NCBI GenBank assembly: GCA_046086225.1
Contig: JBJSXF010000125.1
Span: 1-48,996 of the forward strand
From: Actinomycetota bacterium
GTDB taxonomy: Bacteria; Actinomycetota; Acidimicrobiia; IMCC26256; PALSA-610
Length of the DNA stretch: 48,996 nucleotides
Direction: 5' to 3'
Numbering within the stretch: the first letter of the stretch is position 1; each line of letters starts with the position of its first letter. Under the pieces are notes generated by a model. It was not told the origin of the DNA. It saw nothing but the letters and a program-made list of their open reading frames with translations, and did no database searches. Shown here in pieces: positions 32,099 through 40,117 of the stretch. The translations under genes were made by a program, and so were the position numbers.

Positions 32099-35000
32099 GC
32101 CGACCTCCGGTCGCGGCGCCGGGCCCGGAACCAGACCGCGAGGAGGAGCGGCCAGGCCAGGATCTGCACGACGAGCGGCACCAGGCGACCGGCACCGCCT
32201 CGGAAGTCGACGGTGACCGCGGCCCGCCGGTCGACCCGGAACTCGTTCGTGCCTCCCGGAGCCTCGTCGCGCCGCAGCGTCCGATCATCGATGCGGGCCC
32301 GCCATCCGGCATCGGCCGACGCCGACCACAGCAGCGTCCCCGGTCCGATCGCCGGAGTGGTGCCGGCGTCGACATCGACGCCGCGGGCCCCGGCATCGAT
32401 GGTGCCGAGCACGGCCGCGAGCGAATCGGGATCGGCGAGCCGAGCCGGCGGCCGGCGCACCACCGCGCGCCCGGGCACCCAGCCCGCATTCCGGTAGACG
32501 GAACCTGCCTCGGCCGTCTGCACGAGCTCGAGATCGAGCTGGCGGACGAGCGCCGCCTCGAGCGCCGGCGTCGGGCTGCCGACCGGCGACCGGCCCGGTG
32601 CGGCCCTCCGAACGAACACGACGTAGCGAACCGCCGCGGGCGCCAAGAGGCGTCCGAGCCGCACGGTGCTCCCGGCTTCGGCGGCGGCCACGGCCCGCCC
32701 GACGACCCCGTCGGCCGCCGTCGGTGGCGCGGCCCACAGGTTGCGGGCGTCGCCGGTGCCGTCGGCGGTGAGCGCGTATCCGGTTCGGCCGATCACCGAC
32801 GGGTCGGCGGGGAGCACGGACGGGTCGCCGAGCCACAGCACCCGGAAGCCACCGGGCGGGGGCTGCTCGCCGATCCACGACAAGGTCGACGGCCAGTCGC
32901 TCGGCCCCAGCCCCCAGCGGCCGGAGGTCGTATCGGCGACGAGGCCGAGCCCTCCGACGGTGAGCCCGGCGATCGAGGCTCCGGCGACGAGCTGGGGCCA
33001 GCCGAAGTGGTGCCGATGCAGATCGTCGATGACGGCGGCCACGCCGATGCCGGCCGCGATCGCCAAACCGAGCGCCGCCCCGATGAGGATCCCCTCGGGC
33101 GCCGGGAGCGCGGCATCGGGCGCGAGCCGGCTCGGGAGCCAGGCCAGGGCGAACGAGCAGACGGCGAGCACCCACGCCCGCATCGCCCACGCCAGCCGGG
33201 CGCCCGAAGCGAGCGCGAGAGGCACGAGCGCGGCGATCACGACGCCGTACGGCGCGAGCCCGGCGCCCGCTCGTCCGGTCCGGGCGGTGAGCACGTCGAT
33301 CGGACCGAGCGGCGTGCGGGGCAGGAGCCCGAATGTGGCCGCAACGGCGTCGGGGAAGGAGGTGAGCCAGGCCACCGTGAGGACGACCGCCCCCAGCGTC
33401 GCCGCACCGGCGAAGGCGACGACCCGGCGGATGAGCCCCGCGTCGCCGGCGAACGGACCGGCGAGGAGGATCGCGACCGCCACGAGCACCGCGAAGGCGA
33501 ACGCCGGCGGCCACACCGCGCCCATGACCGCGAGCAGGAGCGCGCCCCCGGCCGCGACCCGGACCCGGCCGGGACCGGACCGCAATGCGGTGCGGCCGCC
33601 GCGGAACAGCAGGGCCACCAGGAACGGCGCGAGCGCGAAGCAGACGAGCGGACCGATCGCGCCGTGCCACACGGCATTGCGACCGACCGGATACGCGACG
33701 TACGCGACCGCCGCCGCCACCCCGGCGACCGGAGCGGCGGCGAGGCGCCGGACGAGGCGATAGGCGCCGAACGCACCGAGCGGGAGCGCGCCCCCGATCA
33801 CCAGCGAACGGGCGAGGCCGCCTTGGCCGAGGAGCAGCGTCTGGAGCCCAGCCATCACCCCGAAGACGGGATCGGCGGCTGCCGCCCGACCGAGACCGGT
33901 GGTGCGCCAGGCGCCGGTGAGCGTCGACCATGCGTCGGCAACGCCGGGCCAGACCCGGAATCCCGTGACCTGGGGCACCCGACCGGTGATCAGCCCGCGG
34001 CCGCCGAAGAGCAGCACGGCGGCGAGCACCGCGGCGATCGTCCCGGGCACCCGCCCGAGCCGGTGGGATGCGTCGTTCACCCGATCGCGCGTCCGAGTGC
34101 CGACGAGGGCCAAGCGCTCGCCGGCGTGCACACGGTGCGCGTACGTGCGCAGCCGCGCGCTCCCCCGGACCATGAGGTGGGAGAGGTCGCCGTCGTCGAC
34201 CCGTCGGAGCGCCTCGACCGCGGCCCGGGCCGCCCGGACGTCGCTGCGCCGGAAGAGCACCGAGAGCCACCCGGCGGCGAGCCGTCGGGCCCGGTGGAGC
34301 CGCCCGGTCGCGAGGAGAGCGACGGCTTCGGCGAACCCCAGCGCAGCGGCAACCGGGAGGGTCCGGACGAGCGCGAGCCCCGACCATCCCTTGCGGAGCA
34401 TGCGAGCGCGGGCCGTGACGGCTACCACCTCGTCGCCCCGCACACTCGCCCGCACTCCCCGGGTCTCGAGGCTCGAGGACTCGCGGTGTCCGACCCGGGC
34501 TTCCGGAGCGACCACGACCCGGGCGCCCGCGATGCGGGCCCGCCAGCAGAGGTCGATGTCGTCGGAGCCGGGCGCCGTCGCCGGATCGAATCCGCCCAGA
34601 TCGGCGAAGAGATCGGCTCGGACCAGCACGAACGCGTGGGAGACGAAGAGCACGTCACGCACGGCGTCGTGCTGCTCCTGGTCGACCTCGCCGGGCTCGA
34701 TCCCGGTGTAGGGAACGCCGTAACGGTCGATCGTGGCCCCGACCTCGAGGATCACCTCGGGATGGTCGGCGGCGACGAGCTTCGGGCCGACGATCGCGGC
34801 GTTGGAGCGGTAGGCCTCCTCGACCAGGAGGCGCACGGCCGAGGGGTCCGGCACCACGTCGTCGTGACAGAAGCAGAGGAACGGCGCACCCTCGACCGCA
34901 CGGGCCGCTTCGTCGGCGGCCGCGGCGAAGGTGGTCGCATCGGCGGAGCGGGGCCGAACGAGGGCCCGGGGGTGGGCTGCGGCGATCCGGGCCGGGAGTC

Positions 35001-35208
35001 GCTCGTCGGCCGGATCGACGGCGACCACCACCGAGAGGGCCGGGTAATCCTGCGCGTCGAGCGCCGCGAGCGTCGCGGCGAGCCGCCCGCCCCGACGATC
35101 GCCCGCGACCACGACCGCCACGACCGGCGGGGCCGCCGCCGGGGCGTCGTCGTCGGCGTCGGTCCCGGGGAGGTCCGCGCTCACAGTTCCCGGCTCGGAG
35201 GGCTCCAT
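32095..35208 (-). CDS. Family 2 glycosyltransferase fused to a large polytopic membrane domain and a C-terminal extracytoplasmic domain
   Basis: The N-terminal GT-A part reads VVAVVVAGD...ALDAQDYP...FCHDDVVP (DxD-like)...DDIDLCWRARIAG. About 14 TM helices follow, then a soluble domain and a final TM (LVPLVVQILAWPLLLAVWF). The start is ATG 35208 or GTG 35262 (track). Confidence 0.8.
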   Translation of the reverse strand: MEPSEPGTVSADLPGTDADDDAPAAAPPVVAVVVAGDRRGGRLAATLAALDAQDYPALSVVVAVDPADERLPARIAAAHPRALVRPRSADATTFAAAADEAARAVEGAPFLCFCHDDVVPDPSAVRLLVEEAYRSNAAIVGPKLVAADHPEVILEVGATIDRYGVPYTGIEPGEVDQEQHDAVRDVLFVSHAFVLVRADLFADLGGFDPATAPGSDDIDLCWRARIAGARVVVAPEARVGHRESSSLETRGVRASVRGDEVVAVTARARMLRKGWSGLALVRTLPVAAALGFAEAVALLATGRLHRARRLAAGWLSVLFRRSDVRAARAAVEALRRVDDGDLSHLMVRGSARLRTYAHRVHAGERLALVGTRTRDRVNDASHRLGRVPGTIAAVLAAVLLFGGRGLITGRVPQVTGFRVWPGVADAWSTLTGAWRTTGLGRAAAADPVFGVMAGLQTLLLGQGGLARSLVIGGALPLGAFGAYRLVRRLAAAPVAGVAAAVAYVAYPVGRNAVWHGAIGPLVCFALAPFLVALLFRGGRTALRSGPGRVRVAAGGALLLAVMGAVWPPAFAFAVLVAVAILLAGPFAGDAGLIRRVVAFAGAATLGAVVLTVAWLTSFPDAVAATFGLLPRTPLGPIDVLTARTGRAGAGLAPYGVVIAALVPLALASGARLAWAMRAWVLAVCSFALAWLPSRLAPDAALPAPEGILIGAALGLAIAAGIGVAAVIDDLHRHHFGWPQLVAGASIAGLTVGGLGLVADTTSGRWGLGPSDWPSTLSWIGEQPPPGGFRVLWLGDPSVLPADPSVIGRTGYALTADGTGDARNLWAAPPTAADGVVGRAVAAAEAGSTVRLGRLLAPAAVRYVVFVRRAAPGRSPVGSPTPALEAALVRQLDLELVQTAEAGSVYRNAGWVPGRAVVRRPPARLADPDSLAAVLGTIDAGARGVDVDAGTTPAIGPGTLLWSASADAGWRARIDDRTLRRDEAPGGTNEFRVDRRAAVTVDFRGGAGRLVPLVVQILAWPLLLAVWFRARRRDRRSA

Positions 35209-35268
35209 GGGGCGGGGGCAGACTACCCGGGGCCCGAGCGGCCGCCTTGTGCACGGCTTCACGAATGC

Positions 35269-35297
35269 TTGCTGTCGTTAGCACTCTCTGCTAGCAT
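35269..35297 (+). promoter_or_regulatory. Sigma-A-type promoter TTGCTG-N17-TAGCAT, bracketed by the inverted repeat GAATGCT...AGCATTC
   Basis: The -35 is at 35269-35274, with a 17-nt spacer and the -10 at 35292-35297. The 7-bp inverted repeat is at 35263-35269 / 35293-35299, with inner TAGCA/TGCTA arms. It lies in an AT-enriched 96-nt intergenic region. The downstream gene has GAAGGAG before its ATG. Confidence 0.5.
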
Positions 35298-35358
35298 TCC
35301 AAGAGTCATCCCCCGCAAGAGCACACCCTCGAACACCCCGCTAGAGAAGGAGCCGGCG

Positions 35359-35799
35359 ATGCCCGCGAACCTCCCCTCCCTCGACGTCCGCAAGACCCTC
35401 ACCGACACCGGCTACATCGTCGTCGGTCTCGGCGTGATGGGCGTGCAACAGGCCCAGACCCGCAGCCGCGAACTGCGCACCCGACTCGACGGACGGGCCG
35501 GCGGCGCACTCGAGCAGGGTCGCAGCGCGCTCGAGCACACGACTGCGTGCGCGAAGAGCCTCACCACCGACCTCCGGACCCGGCTCGGCGCCGGAACCCG
35601 CTCCGCCCGTGAGCGGGCCGAGGCCGGCGTGCGCGACACGGTCGGCAAGGCCCAGGACCTCCGCACCGAGGTCGGCAAGCGCACCGAGCCGGTCGTCGGC
35701 AAAGTTCAGGAAGGCCTCGGCGGGATCCCCGAGCGGGTCGTGCAGGTCGTCGAGCCCGTGACCACCCGTGTGCGCAACCTCGGGGGCTCGGCGGCCTAG
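35359..35799 (+). CDS. Small helical-repeat protein (apolipoprotein/HbhA-like architecture), function unknown
   Basis: 146 aa. It has a strong SD (GAAGGAG) and an N-terminal hydrophobic patch GYIVVGLGVMGV. Repeated segments follow: LRTRLDGRAGG / LRTRLGAGTRS / LRTEVGKRTEP. It is the only credible part of the 1290-aa track ORF 31927-35799. Confidence 0.55.
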   Translation: MPANLPSLDVRKTLTDTGYIVVGLGVMGVQQAQTRSRELRTRLDGRAGGALEQGRSALEHTTACAKSLTTDLRTRLGAGTRSARERAEAGVRDTVGKAQDLRTEVGKRTEPVVGKVQEGLGGIPERVVQVVEPVTTRVRNLGGSAA

Positions 35800-35805
35800 T
35801 CCCGG

Positions 35806-35811
35806 TACGCT
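35806..35811 (+). promoter_or_regulatory. -10-like TACGCT hexamer 8 nt upstream of the fbiA ATG (leaderless-type)
   Basis: The sequence reads ccggTACGCT-cggcggcc-ATG. There is no Shine-Dalgarno. Confidence 0.35.
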
Positions 35812-35819
35812 CGGCGGCC

Positions 35820-36758
35820 ATGCTCGCCGCGCTCGCCGGTGGTGTGGGCGCCGCCCGGTTCCTCGCCGGGCTCGTGCGCGTCCACCCACCGGCGGAGACC
35901 ACGGCGATCGTCAACACCGCCGACGACGACGAGTTCCACGGGCTCCACGTCTCGCCCGACCTCGACTCGGTCACCTACACCCTCGCCGGGGCCTCGGACC
36001 CCGTCCAGGGCTGGGGCCTGGCCGGCGAGACCTTCGCCACCCTCGAGGCCCTCGGCCGCTACGACGTCCCGACCTGGTTCCGGCTCGGTGATCGCGACCT
36101 CGCGACCCACCTGTTCCGCACCCGGCGACTCGCGCAGGGAGCGCCGCTCTCGACCGTGACCGCCGAGATCGGTCGGGCGTGGGGACTCGACCTCGGACTC
36201 GTGCCCATGACCGACGACCGGGTGCGGACCCGAATCACGGTGCGCACCGCCGACGGCGGCTCGGCCGAACTCGCTATGCAGGAGTGGTTCGTCCGCGAGC
36301 GGGCATCGGCACCGGTGACCGCCGTGCGCTTCGACGGAGCCGAGACCGCGCGCCCGGCCCCCGGGGTCCTCGCTGCGCTCGAGGCGGCCGACGTCATCGT
36401 CATCTGCCCGTCGAACCCGGTCATCTCCGTCGGCCCGATCCTCGCCGTCCCCGGCGTCCGCGACGTGCTCGTCCGTCGGCGCGATCGGGTCGTCGCCGTG
36501 AGCCCGATCGTCGGCGGCGCGCCGGTGAAGGGCCCCGCCGACCGGCTCATGGCCCCGCTCGGCCTCGAGGTCTCGTGCGTCGGGATCGCCGACGCCTACC
36601 GCAACTGCTGCGGCACGCTCGTGATCGACGCGGTCGACGCCGAGCGAGCGCCGGCCGTCGAGGCGCTCGGCGTCCGGGCCGTCGTCACCGACACCATGAT
36701 GCGCAGCCCCGAGGTCGCCGCGGCCCTCGCCGAGCGCACCCTCGCCGCCGTCGCATGA
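35820..36758 (+). CDS. fbiA: 2-phospho-L-lactate (or EPPG) transferase, F420 biosynthesis (CofD/FbiA)
   Basis: LAGGVGAARFL...VNTADD...GLHVSPDLDSVTYTLAG...GDRDLATHLFRT...CPSNPVISVGPILAVPG closely parallels mycobacterial FbiA as I recall it. Confidence 0.9.
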   Translation: MLAALAGGVGAARFLAGLVRVHPPAETTAIVNTADDDEFHGLHVSPDLDSVTYTLAGASDPVQGWGLAGETFATLEALGRYDVPTWFRLGDRDLATHLFRTRRLAQGAPLSTVTAEIGRAWGLDLGLVPMTDDRVRTRITVRTADGGSAELAMQEWFVRERASAPVTAVRFDGAETARPAPGVLAALEAADVIVICPSNPVISVGPILAVPGVRDVLVRRRDRVVAVSPIVGGAPVKGPADRLMAPLGLEVSCVGIADAYRNCCGTLVIDAVDAERAPAVEALGVRAVVTDTMMRSPEVAAALAERTLAAVA

Positions 36759-37462
36759 CGATCGCCGTTCACCCCGTTCCGGGCGTCGGTGAGATCACCG
36801 CCGGCACCGAACTCGCCGTCGTGTTCGCCGAGGCCGCCGCCGCCGCCGGCACTCCGCTCGCCGACGGCGACTGCCTCGTGGTCACCCAGAAGGTGGTGTC
36901 CAAGGCCGAGGGCCGCATGGTCGCGCTCGACCCCGACGACCGCGAGGCCCGCACTGCACTCGTGGAGTCCGAGTCGGTGCGGATCGTCCGCCGACGGGGC
37001 GACCTGATCATCAGCGAGACCCGCCACGGCTTCATCTGCGCCAACGCCGGGATCGACCTCTCGAACGTCGCCGCCGGATCGGCCGCTCTGCTGCCGGTGG
37101 ACGGCGATCGCTCGGCCCGGCACATCCGCGACGCCTTGCGCGCCCGCTCCGGGGTCGATGTCGCCGTCGTCATCTCCGACACGTTCGGGCGGCCCTGGCG
37201 GCGGGGGCTCACCGACGTCGCCATCGGGGTCGCGGGCCTCGCTGCCGTCCTCGACCTGCGCGACACGCTCGACGCCAACGGACGCCCGTTGGCGGTGACC
37301 GAGATCGCGATCGCCGACGAGGTCGCCGCCGCCGCCGAGCTCGTCATGGGGAAAGCCGCCGGCATCCCCGCTGCGATCGTTCGCGGGCTCGATCCGACGT
37401 GGCGTCGGGAGAGCTCGGTCCGGGAGCTCATCCGACCACCGGCCGAGGATCTCTTCCGATGA
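36755..37462 (+). CDS. cofE: F420-0:gamma-glutamyl ligase (CofE; equivalent to the FbiB N-terminal domain) as a stand-alone gene
   Basis: GDCLVVTQKVVSKAEGR...ETRHGFICANAGID.SN...VVISDTFGRPWR.G..DVAIG...ADE.AAAAELVMGKA. ATG 36755 overlaps the fbiA stop (ATGA). Confidence 0.85.
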   Translation: MTIAVHPVPGVGEITAGTELAVVFAEAAAAAGTPLADGDCLVVTQKVVSKAEGRMVALDPDDREARTALVESESVRIVRRRGDLIISETRHGFICANAGIDLSNVAAGSAALLPVDGDRSARHIRDALRARSGVDVAVVISDTFGRPWRRGLTDVAIGVAGLAAVLDLRDTLDANGRPLAVTEIAIADEVAAAAELVMGKAAGIPAAIVRGLDPTWRRESSVRELIRPPAEDLFR

Positions 37463-38070
37463 GCGAACGCGTGCCCGCATTCATCACCGCCCGTCGGTCG
37501 ATCCGATCCTTCACCGCCGAGCCAGTCGGCCGAGCGCTCCTCGACACCCTCATCGAGGCCGCGTGCCTCGCCCCCGCCCCCCACCACTCCCGCCCCTGGC
37601 GGTTCGCCGTGGTGGACACGGACCCGGCCCGGCAGGCACTGGCCACCGGGATGGGCGACCGCTGGCGCCACGACCTCACGGGCGACGGCGTGCCCGTGGA
37701 GCGAATCGACGCGATCGTCGGCGCGTCGCACGCCCGCATCATTGGCGCCCCCGCCGTGGTCCTCGGCTGCCTCACCGCCGACGGCCTCCACGACTACCCC
37801 GACGAGGTCCGGCAACGAGCCGAGGAGGGGATGGCCCTGCTCTCGCTCGGGGCTGCGGTCGAGAACCTCATGCTCGCCGCCACTGCGCACGGGCTCGCCT
37901 CGTGCTGGGTCGCGGCGCCGATCTTCTGCCCGATCGAGGCCCGGGACGCGGTCGCACTCCCTCACGACTGGCGACCCCAGGCCATGGTGCTCCTCGGCCG
38001 CCCCGATCCGCAGTACACGGGTCGACTCCGGCCCCCCGTTCCGCTCGGGGACCTCCGCCGCTTCGCCTGA
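37459..38070 (+). CDS. Nitroreductase-family protein (equivalent to the FbiB C-terminal FMN domain) as a stand-alone gene
   Basis: RRSIRSFTAEPV...LIEAACLAPAPHHSRPWRF...GAAVENLMLAA.AHGLASCW. ATG 37459 overlaps the cofE stop (ATGA). Confidence 0.8.
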   Translation: MSERVPAFITARRSIRSFTAEPVGRALLDTLIEAACLAPAPHHSRPWRFAVVDTDPARQALATGMGDRWRHDLTGDGVPVERIDAIVGASHARIIGAPAVVLGCLTADGLHDYPDEVRQRAEEGMALLSLGAAVENLMLAATAHGLASCWVAAPIFCPIEARDAVALPHDWRPQAMVLLGRPDPQYTGRLRPPVPLGDLRRFA

Positions 38071-38078
38071 GCGGCCCC

Positions 38079-39026
38079 TCAGGCGCGGGCGCGGAAGTGC
38101 TCGAGGGTGAGGGCGAGACCCTCCTCGAGTGTGGTGAACGGGCGCCAGCCGAGGTGGATCGCGGCCCGGGTCGGATCGAGGGCATTGCGCGCCAACTCAC
38201 CGGGCCGCGCCGCCTCGTGGACGACGGGCGACGCCGAGCCGGCGAGCTCTGCCATCAGCGCGTAGAGCCCGACGACACTCGTCTCGACTCCGGTGCCGAT
38301 GTTGCAGAGCAGCCCACCCGCCCGATCGGCGGCGCGGACGAACGCATCGGCGACGTCCTCCACGAAGACGAAGTCCCGGGTCTGGGCCCCGTCACCGAAG
38401 ACGACGACGGGCTGACGGGACAGGAGTCGACCGGCGAAGATCGCCACGACCCCGGCTTCCCCGTGGGGGTCCTGCCGGGGCCCGTACACGTTGGCGAGGG
38501 CCAGCACCGTGGCGTCGAGGCCCCGCACCTCCCGGTAGTAGTGGAGGTAGTCGCCGACCGCCTTCTTGGCCACGCCGTAGGGCGACTCGGGCCGTCGGGG
38601 CTCCGACTCCGGGGTCGGGACCACCGCCGGGGTGCCGTACAGCGTTCCCCCCGAGCCCGCGAACACGACCTTCCCGACCCCGGCCGCGAGGGCGGCCTCG
38701 AAGACGTTCAGGGAGCCCACGACGTTGACCGTGGCGTCGAAGACCGGACGGGCGACCGAGACCCGGACGTCCATCTGCGCGGCGAGGTGGAACACGACGT
38801 CGGGGCGCCGCTGGGCGAAGAGGTCCGCAAGCCCGGGCGAGGTGATGTCGAGCCGGTGGAACGAGAAGCGGCGGCCGGGCCGCGACCGGGCCGCAGCCAG
38901 GTTCGCGAGCGATCCGCTCGAGAGGTCGTCGACGACGTCGACCCGCCAGCCCTCGGTGAGGAGCCGATCGACGAGCGTCGAGCCGATGAAACCCGCCCCA
39001 CCCGTGACGAGCGCAGTGCCGCTCAT
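38079..39026 (-). CDS. NAD-dependent epimerase/dehydratase (GalE-like)
   Basis: It has ALVTGGAGFIGSTLVDRL and PYGVAKKA (YxxxK). ATG 39026 overlaps the manC stop (ATGA). Confidence 0.8.
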   Translation of the reverse strand: MSGTALVTGGAGFIGSTLVDRLLTEGWRVDVVDDLSSGSLANLAAARSRPGRRFSFHRLDITSPGLADLFAQRRPDVVFHLAAQMDVRVSVARPVFDATVNVVGSLNVFEAALAAGVGKVVFAGSGGTLYGTPAVVPTPESEPRRPESPYGVAKKAVGDYLHYYREVRGLDATVLALANVYGPRQDPHGEAGVVAIFAGRLLSRQPVVVFGDGAQTRDFVFVEDVADAFVRAADRAGGLLCNIGTGVETSVVGLYALMAELAGSASPVVHEAARPGELARNALDPTRAAIHLGWRPFTTLEEGLALTLEHFRARA

Positions 39027-40117
39027 CCGGCCGGGGCCGCGGCCGGAATGCGGCCCCCGGAGATGCGTGTACCACTCGGGACGACCGATCCAGCCCCGAG
39101 GATCGTCTCCTCGTCGACGACCGCGTCGGCTTCGACGGTGCCCCCACGGCCGATCACCGAGGCCCGCACGACGGCGCCGGGAGTAACCGTCGCGCCGTCG
39201 AGCAGCACGGCCCGGTCGATCACCGCTCCGGCCCCGATGGCCGCACCGGAACCGACCACCGAACCGGAGATTCGGGCCCCGCCCGCCACGCGCGCACCTG
39301 ATCCCAGGAGAACCGGCGCTTCGAGCACCGCCGCCGGATCGATCTCGACGGCGCCCTGCACCCAGATTCCCGGTGCGGTCTCGACCGCACCCGGCGCCGG
39401 TGGATTGCCCAAGCGGCCGGCCAGCGCATCGGCATGCGCGCCCAGGTACTTCTCCGGCGTGCCGATGTCGAGCCAGTAGCCGTCGCTCCGGAACCCGTAC
39501 AGGAGCCCGGGCCGGGCGAGCATTCGCGGGAAGACCTCCCGCTCGACCGAGACGTTCAGCCGCGGCGGCACGCGATCGAGGAACGCGGGCTCGAGCACGT
39601 ACGTGCCTGCGTTGATCCAGTTGCTGGGCGCCTTGCCCGGCGCCGGCTTCTCGACGAAGGCGATGACGGCACCGTCATCCTCGGTCGGAACGACGCCGAA
39701 CGCGCTCGGATCGCCGACCTCGGTGAGCGAGATGGTCGCCTCGGCCCCGCGCTCGGCATGGAAGGCGACCATCGCCGTGAGATCGAGGTCGGTGAGGATG
39801 TCGCCGTTGCAGACCACGATGCGGCCCCGGGACCCTTCGGCCGCGAACCGGATCGCCCCCGCGGTGCCGAGCGGCTCGTCCTCGACCGCGTAGGCGAGCC
39901 GCATCCCCGCGAACACGTCGCCGCGGAAGTGCTCCCGGAAGGCATCGGGCAGGTAGCCCAGGGAGAGCACGACCTCGTCGACGCCGTGCGCACCCAGCCA
40001 GGCGAGCTGACGCTCGAGATGCGCGACATTGGCGATGGGCAGCAGCGGCTTGGGGGTCGTGTAGGTCAGCGGCCGCAGGCGGGTGCCCTCGCCACCGACG
40101 AGCACCACCGCTCTCAC
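39023..40117 (-). CDS. manC: Mannose-1-phosphate guanylyltransferase-type sugar nucleotidyltransferase with C-terminal left-handed beta-helix
   Basis: AVVLVGGEGTRLRPLTYTTPKPLLP...EDEPLGTAGAI...GYWLDIGTPEKY is followed by hexapeptide-like repeats. GTG 40117 overlaps the upstream stop (GTGA). Confidence 0.85.
   Translation of the reverse strand: MRAVVLVGGEGTRLRPLTYTTPKPLLPIANVAHLERQLAWLGAHGVDEVVLSLGYLPDAFREHFRGDVFAGMRLAYAVEDEPLGTAGAIRFAAEGSRGRIVVCNGDILTDLDLTAMVAFHAERGAEATISLTEVGDPSAFGVVPTEDDGAVIAFVEKPAPGKAPSNWINAGTYVLEPAFLDRVPPRLNVSVEREVFPRMLARPGLLYGFRSDGYWLDIGTPEKYLGAHADALAGRLGNPPAPGAVETAPGIWVQGAVEIDPAAVLEAPVLLGSGARVAGGARISGSVVGSGAAIGAGAVIDRAVLLDGATVTPGAVVRASVIGRGGTVEADAVVDEETILGAGSVVPSGTRISGGRIPAAAPAG

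Noticed and set aside
31927-35358. Upstream 1140 codons of the 1290-aa plus-strand ORF
   Set aside because: It is antisense to the DUF5719 and GT2-fusion genes, is R/G/P/E-rich and has no motifs. Only the last 147 codons, after a real promoter, SD and ATG at 35359, look like a gene.
35263-35820. A whiB-family gene expected from actinobacterial synteny next to fbiA
   Set aside because: No ORF here or nearby has the four-Cys WhiB pattern. The 146-aa protein has a single Cys and a helical-repeat composition, so I do not call a WhiB.
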